A model generated the notes under the pieces. The model made no database searches and was not told where the DNA came from. It saw nothing but the letters and a program-made list of their open reading frames with translations. Positions 18,656 to 27,767 of a DNA stretch of 64,000 nt are shown here, piece after piece. Source of the DNA: a virus (taxonomy: Duplodnaviria; Caudoviricetes). The DNA lies in the IMG/VR virus record IMGVR_UViG_2511231106_000002, positions 35,953 to 99,952 of that record; one strand, written 5' to 3'. How positions within the stretch are numbered: the first letter of the stretch is position 1; every line of letters begins with the position of its first letter. The translations under genes were made by a program, and so were the position numbers.

Positions 18656-18759
18656 GGTGCAGGTCGGTGAAGGTCGTTTCATAAACTTCCCTTAAAGACA
18701 TTTTTTCTATTTTTCAGCCCTAAAGGGGGTTTATATATTGACCTGCACCGACCTGCACC
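18656..18759. repeat. Putative replication origin: inverted pairs of 10-bp iterons around an AT-rich core
   Basis: GGTGCAGGTC-GGTGAAGGTC (18656-18675) facing GACCTGCACC x2 (18740-18759), right after the primase. Confidence 0.75.
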
Positions 18760-18771
18760 CTTCCCTTTTTC

Positions 18772-21015
18772 TTACAGGAAATCTGTGACTTTCAGCTTCA
18801 GCCCATAAATGAAATACCCGGCTTTCCGCTTACGCCTGTCAAACCCAGTTTTCTCTAATGCTCCGTAAAAATCCGTCGTACTGCGGGTATACTCGTTCAT
18901 CTGCTGGCAGTACAGCCGATAGGCCGTATAAAGTTCCCCGGACTTCTCGCTGAAAGAGGCATCTTCTTCACAGCAGTCATCCAGGAAATGCCGAAGCCAG
19001 TCATTCTGCCCGCGGTATTCATTGATGGCAGATGCGACGCAATCAGGCGTATCCAGGTGATAGTTCTTGGCAATGACCCTCTCCGCCCCTTCGATAATCC
19101 ACTGCAGGATGGCAGGACCGGCTTTCTCCACCAGGTAGTCTGCGTAGTTCTTGATGTCGCTCTTCCCTTCGAACTGGGCCTTGAAGGGCATGACGATAAG
19201 ACGCCGCCATGTCCCTTCGTCATTGGCTCCCACCCTGGGCAGGTGGTTCGTGTAGAGGACCAGCGTGTGTGTCGGTACGAACTTAAAAGGATCCTTATAC
19301 TTCTTTTCGCCGCTCACTTCATCCGTCGAGCAGAGCTGTTTCAGGATGGACGTAGAAAGCCGGACGCCTTCTTCCATTTCGGCGGCAATGATCATGCGCT
19401 TCCCCTTCAGCTCCGCCATTTCCGGACGGACGTTCCGCTTGCAGCCTGCCGTCAGGGCATCGGCAGAGATGCCGCCGCAGTAGCTGCCAAGGACGCGGGC
19501 CAGGGAATTCCAGTAGGTCGACTTGCCGTTGCGGCCGTCGCCGTACGCGATGACCAGGGCTTCTACATAGACTTTGCCGATAGCCATGAGACCGCTGATT
19601 TCCTGGGCGTAGTCGATGAGCGCCGTATCGCCGGTAAAGAACTGCCGGACGGCCTGTTCCCAAATAGCTTTCCCTTCGATGCCCGGGTCTACAGAGGTAC
19701 ATTTCGTGATGAAGTCCGTCGCTCGGTGTTCCTGCCGTCCCCGCATCCCTTTCCGCAGATCATATGTATAAGACGGGGTGTTCAGCAGGAATTCATCTGC
19801 ATCCAGTGCCTGGATAGGCATCTGGACCATGGGTTTCAATGCTTGCAAGGCCGACAGGATATAGCGCATATCGCGGCGTTTCAGGACAAACTTCCGGTAC
19901 GCTTCTGCGGCAAGGTAGGCGGCGTAGGCTTTGGTCTGCTTTTCCTCAATCATCTTCTCCAGGTTCCGTCCGCCCTTACGGATGATATCTTCCGAAATCC
20001 CTGTCCCTGCTAATTCCCTGAGTGCCTGCTCGGACTGTTCATTAGCATCAGCCAGCTGCAAATCCAGGAATTCTTCCGCTGCACCGACCGCTGCCTGCCG
20101 CGATTCTTCCCAGCAGATGCCATCGTAGCGGATGAAATCCGTGCTGTCGGTGTAGCGCAGCTCGTTGCCGTATTCTCTGGCGATGACCTTGGCCTGGCCG
20201 ATATCCGAATAATCCTCCGGCCGCAAGGAGTCCCGGGTGCCGAAATCGTTGTTGTATTCATCCGGGCTGACGTAACCTTCCTGCTTTGCGATGCGCTTGC
20301 CGAACCGTACGGCACTGCCCCAGATAGTGTTCAGCTCGGTGTCGGGAAGCGGCGGGTCGCACTTTTCCGCTTCGTCGAGGAAAATCTGGTACGCCTTTTC
20401 CGTCGCCCCGTAACGTTTGATGACGCGGCCGGCAAAACGGCTCATAGTGCTGTTCCGGCGTCCGGCCGGGATACTGCGTGACTCGGTATCTCCCACTTTG
20501 AGTACCTGGTCGATTGTCGTTTCCCCGTCCTGCCACAATACTTTCTCGACAGGGCAGCCATAGATGAACCGGGCTGCATCGAGAGCCGCTTCATCGAAGA
20601 AGGGATACGCCCGGTGGATTGCCCGTTTCAGTTCTGTATAGTGCTGTTCATCCGTAATATCCGGGATCCCGAAATAAGCATGGAAGCGCGGTCTGGCACA
20701 CTTCCCGTCCTTGGGTTTCATGTGATTCCTTGATGGCACGACGGCCACCGAGACTTTCGGCAGTATGGCCAGGAGCTTTTCCATGGAAATCCAGTCAGCA
20801 GGATTCTCCGAGTGGGTGTTGTCACAATCCATGACCAGGACGTCGGCGGAGAGAAAATTCTCCCGCTTCCGATAACAATCTTTGAAGGCTACGCAGACAT
20901 GATCGAAGGCGGCTGCCGCCTTCAGGTCCTCGGCACAGCTGATTTTCTGCTGCCTGGGATAGCGGCAATTCGCTTCCACGCCAGCAAAGTCTGACCTATA
21001 AAGTGTAAAATCCAT
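18772..21015 (-). CDS. P4-family primase-helicase
   Basis: MDCDN, HAYF, PriCT-like GRRNS, D5-type ATPase GDGRNGKST. Confidence 0.93.
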   Translation of the reverse strand: MDFTLYRSDFAGVEANCRYPRQQKISCAEDLKAAAAFDHVCVAFKDCYRKRENFLSADVLVMDCDNTHSENPADWISMEKLLAILPKVSVAVVPSRNHMKPKDGKCARPRFHAYFGIPDITDEQHYTELKRAIHRAYPFFDEAALDAARFIYGCPVEKVLWQDGETTIDQVLKVGDTESRSIPAGRRNSTMSRFAGRVIKRYGATEKAYQIFLDEAEKCDPPLPDTELNTIWGSAVRFGKRIAKQEGYVSPDEYNNDFGTRDSLRPEDYSDIGQAKVIAREYGNELRYTDSTDFIRYDGICWEESRQAAVGAAEEFLDLQLADANEQSEQALRELAGTGISEDIIRKGGRNLEKMIEEKQTKAYAAYLAAEAYRKFVLKRRDMRYILSALQALKPMVQMPIQALDADEFLLNTPSYTYDLRKGMRGRQEHRATDFITKCTSVDPGIEGKAIWEQAVRQFFTGDTALIDYAQEISGLMAIGKVYVEALVIAYGDGRNGKSTYWNSLARVLGSYCGGISADALTAGCKRNVRPEMAELKGKRMIIAAEMEEGVRLSTSILKQLCSTDEVSGEKKYKDPFKFVPTHTLVLYTNHLPRVGANDEGTWRRLIVMPFKAQFEGKSDIKNYADYLVEKAGPAILQWIIEGAERVIAKNYHLDTPDCVASAINEYRGQNDWLRHFLDDCCEEDASFSEKSGELYTAYRLYCQQMNEYTRSTTDFYGALEKTGFDRRKRKAGYFIYGLKLKVTDFL

Positions 21016-21016
21016 C

Positions 21017-21415
21017 TTATTTCACCTCGTTAATATACCGAATTGTTTTTCCTTTTCTTTGGGCGTACTGGATTTCTTTTTCCATTCCCGCCGAAATCAC
21101 ATCGCCAAAGACCCAGAGTTCGACGCAGCGGGACAATAGTGCGATATCCATAAAGAGTGCCAGTTCCCGTTCCGATTCTTCGTCGAGGAACTGCGGTAGA
21201 TACAGATGCGGTGCCAGAGGGATATATCCCTGGTCTACCGTATAGCGGCAGTAGGCACAGGCTTTCCGGATATTTTCTTCCACATCCCCGGCATAGGGCG
21301 AACACACGTACACAACAGGCATGAACGGGAACCTTTGTGGTTCCACGTTCCTGATTGCCTGATACGCTGTCGGGTCCGGATAGTACTCTGCATTACGTTT
21401 CGGATTGTTTTCCAT
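21017..21415 (-). CDS. Nucleoside 2-deoxyribosyltransferase-like (DUF4406-type) protein
   Basis: VYVCSPYAG, PLAPHL, LWVFG..IS.GM..EI. Confidence 0.75.
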   Translation of the reverse strand: MENNPKRNAEYYPDPTAYQAIRNVEPQRFPFMPVVYVCSPYAGDVEENIRKACAYCRYTVDQGYIPLAPHLYLPQFLDEESERELALFMDIALLSRCVELWVFGDVISAGMEKEIQYAQRKGKTIRYINEVK

Positions 21416-21614
21416 GCAGTTCCATCCACCCCTCCGCACATTCATCGCACAATACTGCCGTTCCCACCAGGTCAGCGTCACTGTCTGACAGGACATTCTT
21501 CAGATTGACAGGTACTTCCCTGCCACAGACCGGGCAACGGCAGAAAACGTTTTCGTCATTGATTTCGACCGTCACATCGACACCATCCTTAAGTGGTTCT
21601 TTTACGTAAAACAT
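21393..21614 (-). CDS. Small zinc-ribbon protein
   Basis: CPVCG...CDEC; GGAGG RBS. Confidence 0.75.
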   Translation of the reverse strand: MFYVKEPLKDGVDVTVEINDENVFCRCPVCGREVPVNLKNVLSDSDADLVGTAVLCDECAEGWMELHGKQSET

Positions 21615-21617
21615 GTT

Positions 21618-22280
21618 TCATCCCTCCAGTTCCGTCTTGTAATAGGTCATGAGCATCTGCTTGCGCTGCTGGAAATCCGGGCAGGAATACAGCAGGCCGT
21701 AATCCAGGTGCTGCAGCCGGTCCAGAGCATGGATCTGCTGTGCAGTCAGATAAGGCCGGATGCTCTGCCCTTTTTCGATGCCGTTGGCCAGCCGGAACTG
21801 CTTGGCAGACATCCCCAGGACGATGCGGTTCAGCATGTCGGCTTCATTGCTGAAGTGATATGCCTTCGGGCTTTCATGCAGCCGGCAGATCATGTCCGTC
21901 AGCATCGGGAATTCCTGCCGGGCAGACAGGAGCGACCGGATGCACTGCTCCATCTCGTTGAAACGCTGGATATAGAGTTCCTTGAAGTGCATCGCCTTCG
22001 AGCCTGTGTAGCCCATGACCAGCATGGTGAACCCATCGCGGGTCAGCAGGTAACGTGGCAGTTTTCTTCCCCTGGCATCACGATATGTATTGCCCTCAAA
22101 ATTGAGTGCAATGAATTCCGGGCTTAATCCAGAATTGGATGCAGTGATTCGTCCGATATCACGCAGAACGTTATAATGCTGTTTTTCAAAAGTCGCTGCA
22201 ACAAACAGGCTGTCGACCCTTGGTACACCTCTCTGATCAGCAAACACGCCAAATTCATCTTCTGGAATCAAAAACTTCAT
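21618..22280 (-). CDS. Rha family regulator
   Basis: SLFVA..FEK.HYNVLRDI; YLLTRDGFTMLVMGYTG. Confidence 0.9.
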   Translation of the reverse strand: MKFLIPEDEFGVFADQRGVPRVDSLFVAATFEKQHYNVLRDIGRITASNSGLSPEFIALNFEGNTYRDARGRKLPRYLLTRDGFTMLVMGYTGSKAMHFKELYIQRFNEMEQCIRSLLSARQEFPMLTDMICRLHESPKAYHFSNEADMLNRIVLGMSAKQFRLANGIEKGQSIRPYLTAQQIHALDRLQHLDYGLLYSCPDFQQRKQMLMTYYKTELEG

Positions 22281-22321
22281 AGCGAATCCCGCCTTTCTTA
22301 AAATAAATATCCGAGGAAATT

Positions 22322-22364
22322 CCCTCTGATAGTGAAAGGACAGGAATCACTATGTTAAGTACCG
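22322..22364 (-). promoter_or_regulatory. Putative phage-sigma promoter, copy 2
   Basis: CGGTACTTAAC-N11-TGTCCT-N3-ACT-N4-GAGGG; same spacing as 26818-26860. Confidence 0.7.
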
Positions 22365-22369
22365 GGAAA

Positions 22370-24358
22370 TCAATCTTTTTTATAAAATTCGCACTCATAC
22401 CCGTCTGCCCGGAGTAATAGCCCTTCAGCCCACGACGGCGTCCGGCCCATCTGCTCACAGATGGCATCGACGCTAGTGTCTTTGGAACACTCGATAATCA
22501 GTTCATCATGGACATGGCCGACGATGGCGCAGCATCGCAGCGTCTGCATGGCATAGCAGAGGATGTCCCGGCTGATGCCCTGGACGATGTTCTCCACGAA
22601 CTTCGGGCCATAGCTTTCGAGCCGTTCCCACTTCTTCGTTGCGCCGATGCCTTCATAGGTGACGGATTCCCCACCGAAGCGGTTCTCGCCTATCCGGGGC
22701 TTTATGTAGGAAAGCCGCCGTCCGCTGGGGAGCTGTATGAACAGCATGCCGCTCTGATACAGAAAGCGGATGCAGCCAGTCCGCATGGGGATACGTTCCT
22801 TGATGGCTGTCTTCACGGCGGCGTCCACCTGCCACCAGAAATCGACGATGTGCGGATTGGCTGACCGCCAGGACCGCACCAGAGGATACAGCTCATTTTC
22901 CGTAAGTCCCATGTCCAGGGCGCCCATGGCCTTCAGCGCTCCTACGGAGCCGCCATAGCCAAGGGCCAGTTCTGCGATTTTCCCTTTCTGCCGGAGATGC
23001 CCGTTGACGCCATGCTTTTCTACGGGAACGCCGAACATGGAGCTAGCCGAGGCGCAGTAAATGTCGCCATTCCTGGCAAAGACATCCGAACGCCATGTTT
23101 CTCCTGCCAGCCACGAAAGCACCCTGGCTTCAATGGCCGAAAAATCCGCTACGGCAAACTTCAGTCCCTGCCGGGGCACAAAGGCCGTACGGATCAGCTG
23201 GGAAAGGACATCGGGGATGGAATCATACAGGAGTTCCATGGCTTCGTAATTTCCCTGGCGTACCAGTTCCCGGGCTTCCGAAAGATCCGGCAGATGATTC
23301 TGGGGAAGATTCTGCAGCTGGATGTGCCGGCCGGCAAACCGCCCGGTCCGGTTGGCCCCATAGAACTGGAACATCCCTCTGGCCCGGCCATCCTCGCAGG
23401 CCGTCATCCCCATGGCCTGGTATTTCCGGACCGAGGATTTGGCCAGCTTCTGCCGGAGCAGCAACACACTGCGCAGCGGTTCTTCTGCCGTCTTCAGCAG
23501 CTTTTCTACCTGCTTTTTGCCCAAGGAATCGGTCTTCATCCCATGCTGTTCCAGCCAGCCGATCATCTGTATGACGGAGTTCGGGTTCTCCAGACCCGTC
23601 TTTTCCTTCAGCACAGCCATCAGGCTGTCCCGGCTGCGGGCATCGATGACGATGGCATTTTTAGCCAGCGTCCTGTCGATGGCGATGCCCCGGTCATTGA
23701 TTTCCTGGTCGAGATGATATTCATCCCATATCGGTTCCGGGACGGGATACTTCTTCAGCCGCTCCTGGATGGCCATTTCCACTTCCACATCCCGTTTGTT
23801 GTAGGACTTGAACAGTGTCCATTTGTCCAGCGCATGCTGAGGAAGGTTTCTTGTCCGGCCGCCATTCGATTTTGTTTCCTTGCAGGGAACACAGAAATAG
23901 CGGATCAGGTCTTTGCCTTCCTTTATCTTCTGGCTGTCCAGCTTCAGCACGGCTCCTACGCCTTCCAGGGAAAGGGGCAGGCCCATATAGGCCGACCAGA
24001 CCATGGAGCATTTCCATCCTGCCGGATTGAGGAACCTGGCACAGTCCTGGGAAAGCGGATGATGGTCACGGAACGGGTCCAGGCTCATCCCCAGGTCACA
24101 CAGGTAGCGCGACAGGCAGACCCGTTCAAAGCTGGCATTGAACGCCCACTTGGTAACGGATTCATCGGTCAGGGCATCCAGGATATCGTCCGGGATGCCC
24201 TCTCCCTGCGCCAGGTCAACGACCTGCACTTCGCCGCCGTCCACCGAATATCCAAAGAGAAGGATTTCAAAGGCTGGCGATTCGGCATATTTGTACACAC
24301 CGCATTTTGCCAGATTGATATCGCTGAATGTTTCAATATCGATACTGATGGTTTTCAT
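22370..24358 (-). CDS. DNA polymerase, family A
   Basis: IDIET and AFNASFER exonuclease motifs; RTGRF; ADFSAIEAR (A); RQKGKIAELALGYG (B); HVHDE (C). Confidence 0.95.
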   Translation of the reverse strand: MKTISIDIETFSDINLAKCGVYKYAESPAFEILLFGYSVDGGEVQVVDLAQGEGIPDDILDALTDESVTKWAFNASFERVCLSRYLCDLGMSLDPFRDHHPLSQDCARFLNPAGWKCSMVWSAYMGLPLSLEGVGAVLKLDSQKIKEGKDLIRYFCVPCKETKSNGGRTRNLPQHALDKWTLFKSYNKRDVEVEMAIQERLKKYPVPEPIWDEYHLDQEINDRGIAIDRTLAKNAIVIDARSRDSLMAVLKEKTGLENPNSVIQMIGWLEQHGMKTDSLGKKQVEKLLKTAEEPLRSVLLLRQKLAKSSVRKYQAMGMTACEDGRARGMFQFYGANRTGRFAGRHIQLQNLPQNHLPDLSEARELVRQGNYEAMELLYDSIPDVLSQLIRTAFVPRQGLKFAVADFSAIEARVLSWLAGETWRSDVFARNGDIYCASASSMFGVPVEKHGVNGHLRQKGKIAELALGYGGSVGALKAMGALDMGLTENELYPLVRSWRSANPHIVDFWWQVDAAVKTAIKERIPMRTGCIRFLYQSGMLFIQLPSGRRLSYIKPRIGENRFGGESVTYEGIGATKKWERLESYGPKFVENIVQGISRDILCYAMQTLRCCAIVGHVHDELIIECSKDTSVDAICEQMGRTPSWAEGLLLRADGYECEFYKKD

Positions 24359-24414
24359 ACGCTTCACCTCGAAAAAGCGGCGAGGCACAAGGCCCCGCCG
24401 CTATTCACTACTAC

Positions 24415-24609
24415 TTATTTCCGGAAGGATTCCATCTGCTTGCGGTGGTACTCTTCTTCCCGTTCATCCCGGTGCCGAGCCATTTCTTCATCCCGCTGGT
24501 CTTTTTTGATATCCGTATAGATCATAGCCACGAAGAATCCTCCGGCGCACAGTGCAACCAGGCAGTACAGGCCATCCAGAATCAGTCTCATCATAGTTTC
24601 CATAATCAC
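24415..24609 (-). CDS. Small single-pass membrane protein
   Basis: Hydrophobic N-terminal stretch, charged tail, AAGGAGG RBS. Confidence 0.65.
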   Translation of the reverse strand: MIMETMMRLILDGLYCLVALCAGGFFVAMIYTDIKKDQRDEEMARHRDEREEEYHRKQMESFRK

Positions 24610-24615
24610 GCCTCC

Positions 24616-25182
24616 TTATGCCAGGAAATCATCATCGTCAGCCGTAGCGAAGTCATCTTCTGCACGCGGCTTGCCGCCAAGGGGTTCACCATCACGGATT
24701 TTCTGCAGGTTGTTCAGGCCGCAGGCGATGCCCTTGTTGCCATTGCTGTTGAAGGCATAGAAGTTGATGGATGCACGGCCATAGACGCCGGAGTAGACTT
24801 CAGAGCGTTCCAGGATATGCTGGCAGTCAGCATCAACGATGCCCGGCTTGGTCGCCGAGTTGGCATTGACGAAGAAGCTGTCTTTATAGGCATCATCGCC
24901 CGGGCGTTCCAGGTCGCCGTCACGGAGCGGCGTTTTGATGGCTTCGAGAGCCGGTACAGTGCGGCCATTGCCCTTGAGCTTGCTTTCGCCTTCTTCGTAA
25001 GCAGCCTTGATGGCAGCGCGGATTTTTTCTACGGTCTTTGTATCCGACTTAGGGATGATCAGGCTGACGCTGTATTTCGGCGTACCGCCGTTGATGGACT
25101 TCGGTTCCCAGACGTTGGCGTAAGACCAGCGCGTATTGACTCCGGTGATTACCTTGCACGGATTGACGTAGTTGTTAGACAT
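24616..25182 (-). CDS. ssDNA-binding protein (DUF2815, gp2.5-like)
   Basis: KYSVSLIIPK, LRDGD, YSGVY, GLNNLQK, acidic DDDDFLA tail. Confidence 0.9.
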   Translation of the reverse strand: MSNNYVNPCKVITGVNTRWSYANVWEPKSINGGTPKYSVSLIIPKSDTKTVEKIRAAIKAAYEEGESKLKGNGRTVPALEAIKTPLRDGDLERPGDDAYKDSFFVNANSATKPGIVDADCQHILERSEVYSGVYGRASINFYAFNSNGNKGIACGLNNLQKIRDGEPLGGKPRAEDDFATADDDDFLA

Positions 25183-25195
25183 AGTAGTTTCCTCC

Positions 25196-26323
25196 TTAAT
25201 TTGCAGCGTTAAAATCATCAGCCGCCGTATGCATCGCCGGACGCTTGTCCGATTCCGGTACCAGGACCGGTTTTCCCTGCGGCTTTTCGACTAAATTTGA
25301 CAGCAGTTCTTCGAACCGCTTCTTGCCGAGCTGTTTTGTCATTGCCGTGATGCCGAGCAGCTTCTTTTCATATGGGTCGAAGCCCGCTTCTTCCACTTTG
25401 GCGGCGACTGCTTCTTCACTTACGTAGCGGCGGTTCGACCGGCCTTCGACCAGTTTCCATCCGTCCCACTGCTTGCCGGAAAGGGCTTGCTGCAATGCGT
25501 ATTCCTTGACATCCCCGGCCCAGTTCACCAGTTCATCGGCCCTCTCCAGGACGGCTTCGATTTCTTCATCCTGCAGCGTGGACGGGACGGCAAAATCATA
25601 CCGGGCCAGTTCCAGATTGTACTCGGCCCGCTTGCGGCAGGTTGCCTTGATCTTGCAGAAGCGGCAGTGGTCACCGGCTTTATATTCGCCCTCACCTTTC
25701 GCCGCCAGTTCTGCCGCAGGCTTCAGCACCGTTTCGGCCCACTGGAGCAGTTCTTCCTTGCTCATGGTGCAGGTGCTGACGTTGTCCCGGCGGGGCTGGA
25801 AGATCGTCATGGACACCTGGCGGATATCATAGATGCCATCAAACAGGTTCAGCGCACCGAGGGCATAGCACATCATCTGCGGATTCTTCTCGGAATCCAC
25901 CAGGACTCCCAAGCCATGCTTGTAATCGATGACTGTCAGGGTATCGTCGGCTACGATGAGGCAGTCGCCTGTTCCAAAACCGCCTGGCACCCACTGGGAA
26001 AAGTCCAGCCGCTGTTCGATCATGATCATCGGGTCCTTGCAGGATGCTTTGGCTGTGGCCAGGCATTCCATGACGAACTGCGCGTATTCATCAGTGCATT
26101 CCGCCATCTCCTCATCAAAGTACGTGAGTCCCTTCGTCGGATCTTCCAGTTTCTGCCCCAGCGCCGTCTTCACCTTGAATTCGCAGAGCGTATGGGCATC
26201 CGTTCCCTGGCGGGCGAATTCACTGGAGGTATCCGGCAGCTTGGCACATTCCTTCGCAGACGGCGGGCAGGCCAGCCAGCGGTAGCAAGAAGATGCGGAC
26301 AGCACCGCATGTTTATCCGGCAT
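25196..26323 (-). CDS. DUF2800 Cas4-like PD-(D/E)xK exonuclease
   Basis: SASS..RW..CPPS, GT.AH, FGTGD, IDYKHG, HCRFC....C. Confidence 0.88.
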   Translation of the reverse strand: MPDKHAVLSASSCYRWLACPPSAKECAKLPDTSSEFARQGTDAHTLCEFKVKTALGQKLEDPTKGLTYFDEEMAECTDEYAQFVMECLATAKASCKDPMIMIEQRLDFSQWVPGGFGTGDCLIVADDTLTVIDYKHGLGVLVDSEKNPQMMCYALGALNLFDGIYDIRQVSMTIFQPRRDNVSTCTMSKEELLQWAETVLKPAAELAAKGEGEYKAGDHCRFCKIKATCRKRAEYNLELARYDFAVPSTLQDEEIEAVLERADELVNWAGDVKEYALQQALSGKQWDGWKLVEGRSNRRYVSEEAVAAKVEEAGFDPYEKKLLGITAMTKQLGKKRFEELLSNLVEKPQGKPVLVPESDKRPAMHTAADDFNAAN

Positions 26324-26624
26324 GGCCAATCACCTCCAGTTCCTTCAGGAACGCTTCATACTGTGCCGCATCAATGCCGGACAGCTTGTCCGCCCCGTAC
26401 TTCTGGATAAGGCTGCGAACTTCGTCCGTGAATCCCTTGCGGGCCTTGTCGGCAGCGACTTTGCGGACATCTTCCAGTGTCAGCGGCTTTTCCAATTTCT
26501 CTGATTTCGCTTCCGAAGCTGTCGGATTATCTTCTTTCACCGCCATGGCCTCGGAAATCTTCAGCAGTGCCTTGCCGCAATCGCCCAGGGCCGCTGCCAG
26601 TTTCTGCAGTTCATCGTTTGTCAT
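26313..26624 (-). CDS. Conserved phage replication-module protein
   Basis: LTLEDVR...LIQKYGADKLS.ID. Confidence 0.75.
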   Translation of the reverse strand: MTNDELQKLAAALGDCGKALLKISEAMAVKEDNPTASEAKSEKLEKPLTLEDVRKVAADKARKGFTDEVRSLIQKYGADKLSGIDAAQYEAFLKELEVIGHAG

Positions 26625-26781
26625 ACGGATTGACTCCTTTCGCACATCTTTGCATTGATAAGAGATGGATGTTCCTAGCGATACTGCGGGTCGTGGCGCT
26701 GATGGTCATCAGCACCGCCGCCAGTTCCCGGTCCAGCTTTTGCTGCTGAGCCAGTTTTTCAGGTGTCTGTGTGTACATCAT
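26611..26781 (-). CDS. Small hypothetical protein (56 aa; not in ORF track)
   Basis: AGGAGG RBS; MMYTQTPEK...ELAAVLMTISATTRSIARNI...; overlaps next start. Confidence 0.65.
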   Translation of the reverse strand: MMYTQTPEKLAQQQKLDRELAAVLMTISATTRSIARNIHLLSMQRCAKGVNPYDKR

Positions 26782-26817
26782 CTTGGGTTCCTCCTTCCTA
26801 AAGGGCTTCTTCGTTCG

Positions 26818-26860
26818 CCCTCCACCAGTAATAGGACAACCGCATCATCGTTAAGTACCG
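26818..26860 (-). promoter_or_regulatory. Putative phage-sigma promoter, copy 1
   Basis: CGGTACTTAAC-N11-TGTCCT-N3-ACT-N4-GAGGG immediately downstream of the sigma-like gene. Confidence 0.7.
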
Positions 26861-26910
26861 ATTCCGAAAAAAAACCGGCCACATTTTTTGTGACCGGGTC
26901 TTTTTTCTTC

Positions 26911-27411
26911 TTAACGGAAGTCTTTGAGATGTTCCTTCAGGAGTGCATACAGCTTGTGTTTGCGCTTGTTCACCGCTTTCTGGCTCAAGCCGACGGCCTT
27001 CCCGGTCGCCGCTTCGCTGGCACCATCGGCAAGCATCAGCAAGATGGTCCGGTCGATATCCTGCAGAGCTGCCAGTTCATGGCGCAGCGCTGCCAGCAAC
27101 TCTTTCTTCACGACTTCTTCCTCTAGGTTTAAGTCATCAGGCACCTCCAGCTCGTAGTCATCCCGCACTTTGTCCGCCGATACCTCATCGGCACCATGCC
27201 GCTGCTGGCGCTTATCTTCCCGCCAGAGCGGACGCATGAATTCATAGTACTGTTCTTTGGTTGCTGGAATCAGGATTGTACGTACCTTACGACAGCCGAT
27301 TTTTGAGCAGCGGACTTCACAGTCCTTGTACGCCTCGGTGATGACGGTTTCTGGAGTGAGTTCCAGAGGAATGTAAAAACGTTTCTCATTGCTTGTCTGT
27401 TTTTTATACAT
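26911..27411 (-). CDS. Sigma-70 region 4-like regulator (phage sigma factor)
   Basis: C-terminal L..L...DR.IL....DG.SE...GK.VGLSQKAVNKRKHK HTH. Confidence 0.82.
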   Translation of the reverse strand: MYKKQTSNEKRFYIPLELTPETVITEAYKDCEVRCSKIGCRKVRTILIPATKEQYYEFMRPLWREDKRQQRHGADEVSADKVRDDYELEVPDDLNLEEEVVKKELLAALRHELAALQDIDRTILLMLADGASEAATGKAVGLSQKAVNKRKHKLYALLKEHLKDFR

Positions 27412-27640
27412 TTTTGTCTCCATTCCGTCCGAGAAGAACGGCGGAGACAAAAAGCTGGCACTGATACAGCATCAGCGCCAGTTTTCTGACAGCCCAAATA
27501 GGCATAGAAAAACACGGTGGATGCATGATCAGCAAAGTACAATCATCGGCTGTACTTTCTGCTTTATGCAACCGCCGCCCTTATAGCGCTATTCGGACTA
27601 CGATTTATTTGTGGCCAGGGGCTCTCTCCCTTGCCTGCCT
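27411..27640 (-). ncRNA. Structured 5' leader / attenuator of the sigma-like gene
   Basis: Long helix AGTCCGAATAG/CTATTTGGGCT, inner hairpin, terminator CTGGCGCTGAT/ATCAGTGCCAG+T5, RBS-sequestering TTTTTGTCTCC/GGAGACAAAAA. Confidence 0.6.
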
Positions 27641-27720
27641 ATAGTCTATGCCAAAATCAAAATCGTGTAATTGACATGAAGTGGCGTAAAATGGAATAAA
27701 ATGGTTTGCTGAAAAAAGGC

Positions 27721-27758
27721 AAAAAAAATAGGCTTCTCACCTTAGTGAGAAGCCTATT
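27721..27758 (-). terminator. Terminator of the defence operon
   Basis: 14-bp perfect stem AATAGGCTTCTCAC/GTGAGAAGCCTATT plus T-run. Confidence 0.88.
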
Positions 27759-27767
27759 ACAAATAGT

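Noticed and set aside
22997-24520. 507-aa plus-strand ORF (likewise 13840-15207, 18988-20013, 6722-7696)
   Set aside because: Antisense shadows of PolA, MTase, primase and terminase; no recognisable domains.
25196-26323. Cas4-like nuclease as a sign of CRISPR
   Set aside because: It is the usual DUF2800 gene of PolA-type phage replication modules; I saw no repeat-spacer array or cas genes in the window.
27270-27586. ORFs 27270-27542 and 27389-27586
   Set aside because: No RBS; they overlap the structured leader and the sigma gene.
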